Positions 9,177-19,862 of a stretch of 60,166 bases of DNA are shown here, piece after piece. Within the stretch, counting starts at the first letter, position 1, and each line of letters begins with the position of its first letter. The position numbers and the translations under genes are program-made. The notes under the pieces were generated by a model. The model was not told the origin of the DNA, searched no databases, and saw only the letters and a program-made list of their open reading frames with translations. The DNA is from an uncultured Candidatus Saccharibacteria bacterium (GTDB lineage: Bacteria; Patescibacteriota; Minisyncoccia; Phycocordibacterales; UBA12088): positions 1 through 60,166 of the forward strand of contig CAYPBQ010000005.1 in assembly GCA_964409035.1 (NCBI GenBank), in the 5' to 3' direction.

Positions 9177-10061
9177 AGGATGTTTAATTCTGTAATCAGT
9201 TCGCCCCTTCGGCAGTTACTATTAATAATGAGTAATGATGCCACGTCAGCAACGAACCTAAATGAATGCAGAAAAAGCAACGTTGTTATTTCGACCAACG
9301 AAAACTTTTTCCTTTGTTAATAATTCGAAACACTCTCTTATATAGTGAGTAATTTCAAATTATTCACCAACTACAACTTACCAACGATTCAATTGCTGGC
9401 ATGGGCATGATCGACTCCCCCACACACAACAATGTTGGTAACAATATATAAGTCTGAATGCATCCGTAATTGCGACAATACCGGTAGTAGATAGTTCTAT
9501 TAAGAACATCACACCGGCGAGCAGAAAAATCATTTCAGGAAATTTTCTCGAATATGTAATTGTCGAGGTACAGGATATTCCGATTCTGTGTGTGCCAACA
9601 CTCACTAGTATTTATAAAAACAAATACACTATGAAAGTCGCACTCGGAATGTATGCAAAGTATAGCCCTCTATAAAGATCCGGGCAAAACATACTTTGTG
9701 GATAACTGCTTAATAGATAAAGAAATGTTTTGAAAGTTGTCTACAATGTTTACTGTTTATTATCAGTAAACACGTGCTTTGTGAAAGAGGTTTATGGCCA
9801 CCTTTCGTGTACTCCACACGCGAGTAAACACTCTCAACTCTTCCTCCACTAAAGAGCATCCATACACCATAGAATCTCACAAAAAGGCAACAAAGTCAAA
9901 GCGGTAAACACCATTGTGGCGTACAGCAATATTGTCGCAAATCGAGAGTTAGTATGATGTTCGATGCAAACAGTACACTCCTCTAGTACATTAAGACGCA
10001 GAAAAAACTATATAATTACTTATATCAATTACCGATGCTGATTAGGCAACAATCCTCATAC

Positions 10062-10838
10062 TTACGCAAGCTTATACGTACTCCATCTACGCTCTCCTTC
10101 TTTTGTTATATAACCCGATGCAACCATAGCCAGTAATTCTCGTTGAATGGTTTTTTCACTAAAGTCTTTTATCTCAGCAGAGATGTCCTTTATAGATACT
10201 ACCCCCTTTCGCCTTATAATATCTGCTATGGTTCTTTTTCTTAGATCAATTTTGTCTTCCCCACTTCGAATATTTTTGTCTGTTTCTACACTGGCACTAG
10301 ATGTCTTCTCTGCTCTTATACGAGAAAAAGGTCCGATAGGTGTCCCTGAGCTCATGGACACGCTTTTAGTTACCAGTCTTGTGTCCTTTTGAGTAATACG
10401 TAGTGCAAGGTCGACGGGCTCTACATATATATCGTCCCGCTCTAGGGTGATTCCTTCCAACCTCTCTGATGCTTCTTGTATGGTGGTGGCTAATAGTTGG
10501 TATTCCTGAATCAGAAGGTCAGCGTTCATTTGTGTTATCACCTTCGCATCTCTTGCTATGGTAAGCAGACTTGTTAGGTGAAGTATGGAGTAAACAATCT
10601 TCTCCCTCTGCAGGTGCGGATCCTCACACAGTGGCAAGTCGGCAATGTGTTCAAACGTGGTATAGCCCTTGTCCTTTATCTTCCTTAGGACATCCTTCTC
10701 GTGTCCTATTGTTAAAGTCAAAACCTCAAGTGCAGCAACTAGGCGCTCAGCCTTTTTAAGGACATACAAAAATATCTTATTTCTTGTGTTGCTCTGGGAG
10801 TTTGTCCCATTGTATTGGACATGACTTTTATTTACCAT
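10062..10838 (-). CDS. Hypothetical DNA-binding protein with C-terminal winged helix
   Basis: 258 aa. The C-terminus IADIIRRKGVVSIKDISAEIKDFSEKTIQRELLAMVASGYITKEGERRWSTYKL resembles a DeoR/MarR-type wHTH. Confidence 0.6.
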   Translation of the reverse strand: MVNKSHVQYNGTNSQSNTRNKIFLYVLKKAERLVAALEVLTLTIGHEKDVLRKIKDKGYTTFEHIADLPLCEDPHLQREKIVYSILHLTSLLTIARDAKVITQMNADLLIQEYQLLATTIQEASERLEGITLERDDIYVEPVDLALRITQKDTRLVTKSVSMSSGTPIGPFSRIRAEKTSSASVETDKNIRSGEDKIDLRKRTIADIIRRKGVVSIKDISAEIKDFSEKTIQRELLAMVASGYITKEGERRWSTYKLA

Positions 10839-10997
10839 TTTTGTCCTTTAATCTGCCGCTCGTTAATAAGACGTTAGTTGCAGTGATTATAGGGTTCTTT
10901 GTCTTTTTTACAATTGTCCAAAAGAAAGAAGTGTTGCGTGGTAACGGGGCGCTAATAAATAGCTCTATATCAAAGTATTTGGTATTATTACCTGACT

Positions 10998-13250
10998 ATG
11001 GCGCGTAAAAAGAAAAATCCTCCTACTCAAGATATAGAGCGTACTTCTTATTTTCATGACTTAGAAGAAGAGACTGTACGAGTGTTGTTTGCGATAGTGT
11101 TTTTTGTACTGGCGGTACTACTTACCCTTGCGGCGTTTGAGCTATCGGGCGTGCTGGGTTCATATATTTTTAAGGGATTAAGTTATTTGTTTGGTGTTGG
11201 TTATTACATAATGCCAGTGCTTCTATTTACCCTCTCTATCTCTTACCTATTTAGTTTAAGAAGGGACCTGAGACCACTTAGAGTGATAGGTGCGGTTATC
11301 TTTTTTATTGCAAGCCTCGGCATGATCGAAATGGTACACGCAGGAAGTGGCGGCATTGCAGGCACCTACATAGCAAGACCTCTTGCCATGCTGGTAGATG
11401 TTTATGCTACCGTGCTTCTTCTTGGCTCACTCATGCTGATCTCACTTTTGGTCATACTTGAAACTCATCTACTGCTGGCTCCAGCAAAATTATGGTCTCG
11501 AATTAAAGAAGCTCGTGAACAAGATGAAGGTGAAGAAGATGTCGAGGTTGCAATTACTGCGCCGCTTACACCCCCACAAGTAGAGACGCAGGAGAAGGAG
11601 ACTCAAGAAGTACACGACGAGGAAGTTAGTACCTCAAGTGCTGGAGATAAGGTAAAGCAGTTTTTGGGATTTGGTGAAAAGACAGATGGAGCAGTGGCAT
11701 TTGTACCTGATAGATCATTCAATGTATACACCCCTCCACCCGTCTCTCTTCTTGAGAAGGACAGAGGAAAGCCTGGTGTTGGTGATATCAAAGCAAATGC
11801 AAATATCATAAAACGAACACTGCAAAACTTTGGTATTACCGTTGATATGGATGAAATATCTATAGGCCCCACAGTAACAAGGTATGCACTAAAACCAGCT
11901 GAAGGAGTTCGAATATCAAAAATAGTTTCTCTTCAGAGCAATCTAGAATTAGCCCTTGCCGCATCCCCTATTCGTATAGAGGCGCCGATTCCTGGAAAGT
12001 CCCTTGTTGGTATAGAGGTGCCAAACACCGCAAAGACCACCCTCGGGCTTGCATCACTTCTTGGATCAGATGATTTTGTATCAAGTCCAAAATCATTACT
12101 AGTAGCACTTGGCAGAAACATTACCGGCACCCCCTACTACGCCGACATCGCAAAAATGCCTCACTCACTTATTGCCGGCGCTACGGGGGCTGGTAAATCT
12201 GTATCTGTGCACGGCATTATCACCTCTCTATTATATAGAAACGGGCCTGAGAAGCTGAGACTCATACTTGTTGACCCTAAACGAGTTGAATTGACCTCAT
12301 ACAACGGCATACCGCACCTACTCACCCCTGTAATCACTGATCCTAAAAAGGCGATACTCGCACTAAAATGGGCAACAAAAGAAATGGAGCGACGATATGA
12401 TGTTCTTGAGACAGAGCAAGTTCGCGATATTCATTCGTACCATACCAACATACTTGCGCCTGCCCTCACAAATTATGCGGAGCGGGCTAAAAAGGGAGAC
12501 CTCACTGAGGAAGATGAGTCACGCCTCCCCGAACAGATGCCATATATTGTTGTGGTTATTGATGAGTTGGCTGATCTTATGAGCTCATACCCGAGAGAGC
12601 TTGAAGCATCAATCGTACGCCTCGCACAGATGTCGAGAGCGGTCGGCATTCACCTACTACTTTCTACACAGCGCCCATCGGTGAATGTAATAACTGGTCT
12701 TATAAAAGCAAATATCCCTACTCGGCTCGCACTTCAAGTTGCATCGCAGATTGATTCAAGAACCATTCTTGATAGCGCAGGCGCTGAAAAACTGCTCGGT
12801 GCAGGAGATACACTTTACCTTTCAGCAGAAATGGCAAAGCCGGTGCGTCTGCAAGCGCCTTACATATCTGAAAATGAAGTAAAGAATGTAGTGCAGTTTA
12901 TCAAGAAGCATAATGACTACGTTCCTGAAGCTGGTATTGATCTTTCAAGCGATCACGTCTCAGGAGCTGCATTTAGCGCGTCAGTTGGTAGCGATGAAGA
13001 GAATGATGATCTTTATGATGAGGCAAAGGCATATGTTATAGAAGCAAAGCGAGCGTCTACATCGTATTTGCAGCGAAAACTCCGCATTGGGTATGCACGT
13101 GCAGCACGCCTTATGGATATGCTTGAAGAACGAGGGGTAATAGGCCCACAAGATGGAGCAAAACCAAGAGAGATCATGAATGGCACTCAATCAGATGAGG
13201 CATCAACAGTTGATGAAGATCATTCTTATGGAGAGACAAAATCATCATGA
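10998..13250 (+). CDS. ftsK: DNA translocase FtsK/SpoIIIE
   Basis: 750 aa with N-terminal TM helices, Walker A GATGAGKSV, VVVIDELADLM, and a C-terminal gamma wHTH (YLQRKLRIGYARAARLMDMLEERGVIG). Confidence 0.95.
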   Translation: MARKKKNPPTQDIERTSYFHDLEEETVRVLFAIVFFVLAVLLTLAAFELSGVLGSYIFKGLSYLFGVGYYIMPVLLFTLSISYLFSLRRDLRPLRVIGAVIFFIASLGMIEMVHAGSGGIAGTYIARPLAMLVDVYATVLLLGSLMLISLLVILETHLLLAPAKLWSRIKEAREQDEGEEDVEVAITAPLTPPQVETQEKETQEVHDEEVSTSSAGDKVKQFLGFGEKTDGAVAFVPDRSFNVYTPPPVSLLEKDRGKPGVGDIKANANIIKRTLQNFGITVDMDEISIGPTVTRYALKPAEGVRISKIVSLQSNLELALAASPIRIEAPIPGKSLVGIEVPNTAKTTLGLASLLGSDDFVSSPKSLLVALGRNITGTPYYADIAKMPHSLIAGATGAGKSVSVHGIITSLLYRNGPEKLRLILVDPKRVELTSYNGIPHLLTPVITDPKKAILALKWATKEMERRYDVLETEQVRDIHSYHTNILAPALTNYAERAKKGDLTEEDESRLPEQMPYIVVVIDELADLMSSYPRELEASIVRLAQMSRAVGIHLLLSTQRPSVNVITGLIKANIPTRLALQVASQIDSRTILDSAGAEKLLGAGDTLYLSAEMAKPVRLQAPYISENEVKNVVQFIKKHNDYVPEAGIDLSSDHVSGAAFSASVGSDEENDDLYDEAKAYVIEAKRASTSYLQRKLRIGYARAARLMDMLEERGVIGPQDGAKPREIMNGTQSDEASTVDEDHSYGETKSS

Positions 13251-13591
13251 TAGCCCTATCCTTTAAACAAAAAATACTGCTTATCTCTCTTATTTCGGGT
13301 ATGTTTCTTAGCTATTGCATATTTGCATTTCGTTCATACATACTGGGGCCCTCTCTTGTGTTATTTGAACCAACGCATGGTGGTATTGTTGAATCTCCAC
13401 TGGTTACCATTCGCGGAAATGCGCATTCTATATCTGAGATTTCGGTAAACGATCGCCCAATATTTGTAAGTCCAGACGGCAACTTTGTAGATCAATTGTT
13501 GCTCTCATACGGCTATAATATAATTGAAGTAACGGCAAAAGATAGATACGACCGATCTGTGCAAAAACAATTATTACTTACCTTACGATAA
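13247..13591 (+). CDS. Small membrane-anchored hypothetical protein
   Basis: 114 aa. It overlaps ftsK through an ATGA junction and ends 1 nt before recA. It has an N-terminal TM helix followed by a beta-rich domain. Confidence 0.6.
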   Translation: MIALSFKQKILLISLISGMFLSYCIFAFRSYILGPSLVLFEPTHGGIVESPLVTIRGNAHSISEISVNDRPIFVSPDGNFVDQLLLSYGYNIIEVTAKDRYDRSVQKQLLLTLR

Positions 13592-13592
13592 T

Positions 13593-14636
13593 ATGGCAGA
13601 AAAAGAGAAGAAAAATAAAAAAGTAGCCGCAGTAACAGACCTCCCTACTGGCGAAGTTCCGTTTGTATCAAAAAAATTAGAGGACGCACTCAAAGCGGTG
13701 AAATCAAAATTTGGAGAAGAGTCAATAATGAAACTTGGCGACACGCCAAAAGTTAATGTTGACGCCATTGCATCTGGTTCTATTGGGCTTGATTGGGCGC
13801 TCGGCATTGGTGGTTACCCACGTGGACGCATTATCGAAATATTTGGTCCAGAGTCATCAGGAAAAACCACACTCTCTTTACACGCCATCGCTGAAGCTCA
13901 GAAATTGGGTGGTATCTGCGCGTTTATTGACGCAGAACATGCGCTTGATCCTGAGTATGCTGCAAAAATAGGAGTACGTACCGATCAACTGTTGGTATCA
14001 CAACCAGATACTGGCGAGCAAGCACTTGAAATATGTGAATCGCTTGTTCGTTCAAATTCAATCGACATCATTGTGGTTGATTCTGTGGCAGCACTTACTC
14101 CAAAAGATGAAATCGAGGGAGACATGGGAGCCTTTCATGTTGGAAAGCAAGCTCGCCTTATGAGTCAGGCACTTCGAAAACTTACTGCAATCGTACACAA
14201 ATCAAAGGCGGTGGTCATATTCATTAACCAAATAAGAATGCAGATAGGCGTCATGTTTGGAAATCCAGAGACTACCCCAGGAGGAAAAGCGCTTAAATTT
14301 TACACTTCTGTTCGTTTAGATATCCGCCGAATAGCGCAAATAAAGAAAGGTGAGGAGGTGGTTGGTGGCAGACACCGAGTAAAGGTGGTGAAGAATAAGG
14401 TTGCTGCCCCGTTTAGACAAACTGAGTTTGACCTCATGTATAACGAAGGTATCGCGCGCGAGGGAGAGCTTCTCGCTCTTGGGGAGAAGTACGGCATAGT
14501 AGAAAAATCAGGTTCTTCCTACTCATACAAAGAAGAAAAGCTAGGCAGAGGCTACGACGCGTCAAGAACCTATCTTAGAGAGAACAAGAAAACTGCACAA
14601 GCAATTCTCGCAGAAATTCGCACGCACCTAGACTAA
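13593..14636 (+). CDS. recA: Recombinase RecA
   Basis: [38 protein letters not shown] and [22 protein letters not shown]. Confidence 0.97.
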   Translation: MAEKEKKNKKVAAVTDLPTGEVPFVSKKLEDALKAVKSKFGEESIMKLGDTPKVNVDAIASGSIGLDWALGIGGYPRGRIIEIFGPESSGKTTLSLHAIAEAQKLGGICAFIDAEHALDPEYAAKIGVRTDQLLVSQPDTGEQALEICESLVRSNSIDIIVVDSVAALTPKDEIEGDMGAFHVGKQARLMSQALRKLTAIVHKSKAVVIFINQIRMQIGVMFGNPETTPGGKALKFYTSVRLDIRRIAQIKKGEEVVGGRHRVKVVKNKVAAPFRQTEFDLMYNEGIAREGELLALGEKYGIVEKSGSSYSYKEEKLGRGYDASRTYLRENKKTAQAILAEIRTHLD

Positions 14637-14959
14637 GCGCTATAGCTTCTCTGTAATGCTTTTGTTGGACGCACTACATCTCTTAGTACCATCATACCAA
14701 TCAGCGCTGATGCAACCACAATTAGTTGGACGGGTAATTCGGTATGAGTAAATGCCACCACAACATAGGTGAGAAATCTCTCATACTCAACAACATTAGG
14801 AACATTGCTGAGGATATTTGATACTGACACCATTGAGGTGAGTAGTACTGAAAATGTTGCGAGTGCATAAAGGCGAAGTGCTGCAGGAGAGACCAGTGTA
14901 CGTAAAAAGGATAGTACCCTCACCCTTCTCATCACCGTTACTTCAATTCTTGAATTCAT
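14633..14959 (-). CDS. Small membrane protein, possible anti-sigma partner
   Basis: 108 aa with 2-3 TM helices, immediately downstream of the ECF sigma gene. The function is inferred from position only. Confidence 0.45.
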   Translation of the reverse strand: MNSRIEVTVMRRVRVLSFLRTLVSPAALRLYALATFSVLLTSMVSVSNILSNVPNVVEYERFLTYVVVAFTHTELPVQLIVVASALIGMMVLRDVVRPTKALQRSYSA

Positions 14960-14983
14960 AGCAAATGTTGTATAGCTGATAAT

Positions 14984-15550
14984 TTACCATTCCCCCACTG
15001 CTTTTTTAAAGGCATGCTTAGCTCGATGCATGCGTGTCTTAATAGCACCAACACTTATGTTTTCGCTCTTTGCTATTGCTTCGTACGGTAACCCTTCTAA
15101 GTATGATAGACGAAGCACCCTCTCAAAGCTCTCTGGCAACTTAGAGAGCGCGAGCATAACCGCATCAGTAACTTCAAGCTTTTCAAACTGCCTCATCTGC
15201 GTATCTGGGAGGGCTTCAAATGCTTCTGGCTCTATGTCTGCTGACCGCGCACGATCACGCTTACTCTTTTGATACTTGGTAAAGGCAGTATTCATGAGTA
15301 TTCGATATGCCCATGAGCTAAATGAAGCTCCTTCTTGCTCGTTGAATTTACTTGCATTGATAAAAATTTTAGTAAACGTGTCTTGCACCACATCTCGAGC
15401 ATCATCTTCATTACGAAGAACAGTTCTTGCCTTTCTCATAAAGGCCTCTTCATATCGCCTTACCACAAGGGCAAATGCCTCAGGCGTCACCAATGAAGCC
15501 CGCAGGGCTTCTGTGTCAGAAAGTTCTTTGTTGTCTTCTAGGTACTCCAT
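14984..15550 (-). CDS. ECF-type sigma-70 family RNA polymerase sigma factor
   Basis: Region 2 (DVVQDTFTKIF, FSSWAYRILMN) and region 4 HTH (LSYLEGLPYEAIAKSENISVGAIKTRMHRA). Confidence 0.9.
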   Translation of the reverse strand: MEYLEDNKELSDTEALRASLVTPEAFALVVRRYEEAFMRKARTVLRNEDDARDVVQDTFTKIFINASKFNEQEGASFSSWAYRILMNTAFTKYQKSKRDRARSADIEPEAFEALPDTQMRQFEKLEVTDAVMLALSKLPESFERVLRLSYLEGLPYEAIAKSENISVGAIKTRMHRAKHAFKKAVGEW

Positions 15551-15642
15551 AGTAATAGTATGCTAACTCGACCTACACATATTGCAACTACCCACAAGAG
15601 AAAAGGTTGCAAAGTATTAAAAAAACGGCATAATCATTCGGT

Positions 15643-16212
15643 ATGTTGGACTATAATGAAATAATACCAAAGAAGATAATCGATATTGAAGGAGAGCCAT
15701 ATCTAGTGCTTGCCTCGCATGTATTTAGAAAGCAACAGCGAAAACCTGTTAATCAGACTACCCTTAAGCACCTTAAAACTGGAAAAGTGACAGAGCGGTC
15801 ATTCCATCAAAACGAAACAATTCCAGAAGCTGATATAGAAACTAAAACACTTATCTACATATACACCCAAAAGGGTGAAAGCTGGTTCCATAACGTCACT
15901 AACAAGAGCGAGCGTTTTATGATTCCAAGTAGCACCATTGAACATGAGCTACTATACCTAAAGGCTAATACTGAGGTTACCGCCCTTTTCTTTAATGAAG
16001 CGCTTATTAGTATTACTATTCCCGTTAAAATGGAGCTCTTGGTTGCTGATACCCCACCTAATGTAAAAGGTAACTCGGTACAAGGCGGCAACAAAATCGC
16101 AACACTTGAAAGCGGAGCCGCGGTAACCGTACCAATGTTTATCAATGTCGGCGACATCATTCGAGTAAATACTGACTCAAATGAGTACGTTGAGCGAGTA
16201 GAGAAAGCATAG
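15643..16212 (+). CDS. efp: Elongation factor P
   Basis: 189 aa. The length, GEPYLVL...KPVNQTTLKHLKTGK and C-terminal OB repeats are typical of EF-P. Confidence 0.9.
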   Translation: MLDYNEIIPKKIIDIEGEPYLVLASHVFRKQQRKPVNQTTLKHLKTGKVTERSFHQNETIPEADIETKTLIYIYTQKGESWFHNVTNKSERFMIPSSTIEHELLYLKANTEVTALFFNEALISITIPVKMELLVADTPPNVKGNSVQGGNKIATLESGAAVTVPMFINVGDIIRVNTDSNEYVERVEKA

Positions 16213-16231
16213 TAACAAACACTCCCCAACA

Positions 16232-16269
16232 CAAAACCACTATAGCGATATATCGCTATAGTGGTTTTG
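16232..16269. terminator. Bidirectional terminator, near-perfect 38-nt palindrome between efp and rpsR
   Basis: CAAAACCACTATAGCGATA|TATCGCTATAGTGGTTTTG. Confidence 0.75.
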
Positions 16270-16292
16270 CTTAGAATAAATACTCTTCACTA

Positions 16293-16484
16293 CTATCGCT
16301 CAATGTACGGAAGAAGTGCCATAAAGCGAGCCCGCTTTACCGCACCAGCAAGCACTCGCTGACTGCTTGCGGTAAGTCCTGTTCTCTTTCGAGAGAGAAT
16401 GCGACCATACGGGTTAAGATAGCGCTTCAAGAGCTCTAAATCCTTGTAATCTATATGCTTATGACTATGTCGTTTCTGTTCCAT
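16293..16484 (-). CDS. rpsR: 30S ribosomal protein S18
   Basis: LLKRYLNPYGRILSRKRTGLTASSQRVLAGAVKRARFMALLPY. Confidence 0.95.
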   Translation of the reverse strand: MEQKRHSHKHIDYKDLELLKRYLNPYGRILSRKRTGLTASSQRVLAGAVKRARFMALLPYIER

Positions 16485-16508
16485 GGTGAGTAAGTAAACT
16501 TACAATGT

Positions 16509-16943
16509 TTAAAAAGGAATATCCTCTGGGTTAATGTCGTCTTCTGGGTACTCAATAGCTTCAGGTTCCTTGGAGTCTTTCTTTGGTGCTCCGCCGGTAG
16601 CAGCTGCTCCCGCCTCCCCACCCTTTGGTCCAAATTGGACGCGTTCAGCAACCACTTCTGTGCGATACTGCTTTTGTCCGTCCTTCTCCCAACTTCTAGT
16701 CTGCATGCGGCCTTCAATAAGGACAGAGTTTCCTTTGCGCAAGTACTGTGCAGATGTCTCTGCTTGCCTTCCAAACACCACCACATTGTGATACTCGGTT
16801 GCGTCTTGCCAGGTGCCCGCTTGATCTTTGTATCGACGATTAGTTGCTACTGAAAAAGAAGTGACTTTCATTCCAGAAGGAAGTGCTTTCTCCTCAGGAT
16901 CACGTGTGAGATTACCAATGAGATATACTTTATTGAGATACAT
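16509..16943 (-). CDS. ssb: Single-stranded DNA-binding protein
   Basis: OB fold NKVYLIGNLTRDPE...YHNVVVFGRQAE, and an acidic tail ending DIPF. Confidence 0.95.
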   Translation of the reverse strand: MYLNKVYLIGNLTRDPEEKALPSGMKVTSFSVATNRRYKDQAGTWQDATEYHNVVVFGRQAETSAQYLRKGNSVLIEGRMQTRSWEKDGQKQYRTEVVAERVQFGPKGGEAGAAATGGAPKKDSKEPEAIEYPEDDINPEDIPF

Positions 16944-16988
16944 ATGTGTAGACTTCTAAAGAATAATGACACTGATAATGGTATCAGA

Positions 16989-17501
16989 TTATTCTTTCTT
17001 AGTCGCTACCTCATCCTCAATGATAAGTTCATCAACCGCCTTTGTGATTTCTTCTTCTGATACATCTATATCCCCTGCTCCAGCGGCGCCGATACCCTTA
17101 CTCTCTGGCGCTTCCTTTTCTCTCTCTATAATCTTTGGCGCAGTTGGCTCATACGCATCCGCATTGGTCTTAACCACTATGTAGCGCACAAGATCAACTA
17201 CATGATCCAAACCCTCCTTAAATACACCCTGCCCCTCTGGCATAGCCTCAAACTTAAACCAACCGAAATACGAATCATCGAACTTTTGATACGCACCTTG
17301 AATGCTCTTTCGTATCGTGTATGCAAGATCGTGACGCTCCGGAAATCCTTCGTGGAGAATCGTTCCGCCCGCTTGTGCTATAAGCGCGCGTAGTTCCTGC
17401 ACACGAAGTTCGAGCTCGTCATCGGTGAGCGTTGGAACAAGGTGATATCCTAGCTCATATACCATAAGCTCTGATGCCTTGTCTTCGTGTGTCTGTGTCA
17501 T
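16989..17501 (-). CDS. rpsF: 30S ribosomal protein S6 with C-terminal extension
   Basis: Standard rpsF-ssb-rpsR order and an S6-like core (MVYELGYHLVP...). The start is ambiguous among ATG 17501, ATG 17465 and TTG 17513. Confidence 0.85.
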   Translation of the reverse strand: MTQTHEDKASELMVYELGYHLVPTLTDDELELRVQELRALIAQAGGTILHEGFPERHDLAYTIRKSIQGAYQKFDDSYFGWFKFEAMPEGQGVFKEGLDHVVDLVRYIVVKTNADAYEPTAPKIIEREKEAPESKGIGAAGAGDIDVSEEEITKAVDELIIEDEVATKKE

Positions 17502-17614
17502 ATGTACTGACAAAACTAACTAATAACGCACGAACTGTACCACATACACCCAATATCGGCAATGTATGTGATTATATTGCGTACACCCCCGCTTTCTTTG
17601 GTGGAGCCTAGAGA

Positions 17615-18457
17615 TTATCTCGCAAGATTGAATAAAGAGGTGGCGTTTGTAAGGAGAATTTCCTGCAGTACCGCTTCTTCAATACGCTTTACTCGGGCAA
17701 TACAGCGAATTACCTCACGCACATAAAGTGGATTATTTCGTTCCCCTCTAAAAGGAATTGGGGTAACGTATGGCGCGTCTGTTTCGGCATGAATACGATC
17801 TGTGGGAGCATATTGAATCACCTCATCATATTCCCTTGCAAAGGTGATAACGCCGGTAAATGAGATTGAGAATCCGATATCAAACAAACGAGCCGCGACC
17901 GCGACGTCGCCTGCAAAAAAGTGACTATTACCCCTTAGCGATGGATATTGTTGTACGTATGATTCAAGTATATCGAGGGCATCGTGATATGCATCGAGCG
18001 TACCTTTAGTTGGACGCATATGAAGCATAAGCGGAAGGTTGTGTGTAATCGCAAATTGTATTTGTGCCTCAAATAATGCCTTTTGCTTTTGGTACACGTC
18101 ATCCCTTGGCGCGCGAAAATAATCTAGTCCGCACTCACCTATGCCCACCACCCTTGTGTGAAGTATCTTCTCATATGCCTCACTTTTAAACACCTCTCCT
18201 GCTCCATCCTCGGGATGCACTCCTACGCATGCCCATACATGATTATTCTCTTTAGCAAGAAGGCTTGCCTGTGTTGAGCTTTGGAGAGTAGTACCAATGG
18301 TAATGACACCAACATCACTCTCTCTGAGCACTCTTAGTACATCTCCTCGGTCTGCATCAAATGCAATGTCATCAAGATGAGCGTGTATGTCTATATATCT
18401 CACAGAAATGGTGTTAGTCCTTTCGCAAAAAAAGTGGTTCAGGCTTTTTGTTATCAC
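17615..18457 (-). CDS. TatD-family metal-dependent hydrolase
   Basis: YIDIHAHLDD, GECGLDY, HMR... and AETDAPYV motifs. The true start may be the GTG at 18403, which avoids the overlap with metG. Confidence 0.9.
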   Translation of the reverse strand: MITKSLNHFFCERTNTISVRYIDIHAHLDDIAFDADRGDVLRVLRESDVGVITIGTTLQSSTQASLLAKENNHVWACVGVHPEDGAGEVFKSEAYEKILHTRVVGIGECGLDYFRAPRDDVYQKQKALFEAQIQFAITHNLPLMLHMRPTKGTLDAYHDALDILESYVQQYPSLRGNSHFFAGDVAVAARLFDIGFSISFTGVITFAREYDEVIQYAPTDRIHAETDAPYVTPIPFRGERNNPLYVREVIRCIARVKRIEEAVLQEILLTNATSLFNLAR

Positions 18458-19853
18458 GTACTGCGTTGACTATCTTTTCACTCGTCTCAGGGAGCATAGG
18501 AGCTAATAAGAATCCGATGGTGTAGATCGCCGTGCGGAGCTCATGTATACACTTCTTTGCTTTCTCGCTGTCAGTTTTTATAAGTTTAAATGGCTCCTCA
18601 CTAGTCATTCGACCGTCAGTTTCTTTGATTAATTTCCAGATATAATCCATTGCCTCATTATATTTATACTCATTTAGGAGTGCTGAAAACTCTTCAGGTA
18701 TTTCTGTGCTGGGTAGAGGCTCTCCCTCAAGATATGTTTCAGCGAGCTTCATCACTCTCGAGACTACATTCCCTAACCCATTAGCAAGATTTGCATTATA
18801 GACTTCCTTAAAACGCTCGAAGGTAAAATCCCCATCCTCAAATGGATGCACCTCGCGCAACAGATAGTATCGCACTGCATCAGTACCATACTCAGCAATA
18901 AGTGATAGTGGGTCAACCACATTACCAATTGTTTTTGACATTTTTTGTGCATTCACCGTGATGTAGCCATGCACCACAAGCTCTTTAGGTAGGGCTATGC
19001 CAGCGGATAGTAGCATTGCTGGCCAGTAAATTGCATGGAATCTGCTTATGCCTTTTCCAATCATGTGGATAGTTCTAGCTGCATCATTCTCCCAGTAGTG
19101 GGTGAAGTTTCGTCCATTTGTTCCGTACTCAAGTGCGGTGATGTAATTTGATAGTGCATCTACCCACACATACATAACCTGTGATGCATCGCCCGGCACT
19201 TTCACTCCCCACCCGTGGGCGCGCGCCATGCTACGCGAGATACTTAAATCTTCAAGTCCGCCGCGCAAAAAACTAAGCACCTCATTCTTTCTGGTGTGCG
19301 GAGTAATACGCAGTGTGTCTTGCTCAATGCAGGCAATTAATGCGTCTGTGTAATTACCTAACTTAAAAAAATAGTTCTCTTCGAGTATTCGTTCGGGTTT
19401 TTTCCCTGGATGTTCAGGACATTCTCCATTCACTAAATCCTTTTCTGTTTTAAATTCTTCACAACCAACACAGTAAAGTCCCTCGTATTCCTTTTTTGCA
19501 ATATCTTCATCTTTGAATGATGTCCATAACTTTTGCGCGCCGATGGTATGACGGACATCGTGGGATGTACGTATAAAATCATCATTAGAAATATTTAGCT
19601 GCTGTAATAGCTCTTTAAAAATAAGCGCGTGACGGTTCACGTACTCGCGAACATCTTCACCTGCCTCCTCAGCCTTGAGTACATTTTTTAATGCGTTGTC
19701 ATCTGTTCCCGAAAGGAAAAACACATCGTATCCGGCAATTCTTGCAAATCGAGCAAATGCATCAGCCTGTACAAATTCAAGCGCATGTCCAAGGTGCGGC
19801 TTTGCGTTAACGTACGGTATCGAGGTTGATATAAATAAAGGTTTTTTCACCAT
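18414..19853 (-). CDS. metG: Methionyl-tRNA synthetase (short form, no C-terminal tRNA-binding domain)
   Basis: PYVNAKPHLGH, ISNDDFIRT, VWVDAL and KMSKTIGNVVDP. Close by eye to B. subtilis MetRS. Confidence 0.93.
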   Translation of the reverse strand: MVKKPLFISTSIPYVNAKPHLGHALEFVQADAFARFARIAGYDVFFLSGTDDNALKNVLKAEEAGEDVREYVNRHALIFKELLQQLNISNDDFIRTSHDVRHTIGAQKLWTSFKDEDIAKKEYEGLYCVGCEEFKTEKDLVNGECPEHPGKKPERILEENYFFKLGNYTDALIACIEQDTLRITPHTRKNEVLSFLRGGLEDLSISRSMARAHGWGVKVPGDASQVMYVWVDALSNYITALEYGTNGRNFTHYWENDAARTIHMIGKGISRFHAIYWPAMLLSAGIALPKELVVHGYITVNAQKMSKTIGNVVDPLSLIAEYGTDAVRYYLLREVHPFEDGDFTFERFKEVYNANLANGLGNVVSRVMKLAETYLEGEPLPSTEIPEEFSALLNEYKYNEAMDYIWKLIKETDGRMTSEEPFKLIKTDSEKAKKCIHELRTAIYTIGFLLAPMLPETSEKIVNAVRDNKKPEPLFLRKD

Positions 19854-19862
19854 TGTGCCAAT

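Noticed and set aside
9697-9705. Perfect DnaA box (TGTGGATAA, equal to TTATCCACA on the minus strand) in the long intergenic region, considered as a possible oriC.
   Set aside because: Only one consensus box was found, and a 9-mer is expected about 0.5 times by chance in 60 kb on both strands. There is no dnaA or dnaN nearby, and the minus-strand gene bias continues on both sides rather than switching.
9470-9940. 10-bp inverted repeat TTGCGACAAT / ATTGTCGCAA, about 450 bp apart, considered as possible MITE ends.
   Set aside because: The expected chance occurrence is of order 0.4 in this interval. There is no target-site duplication or longer terminal similarity.
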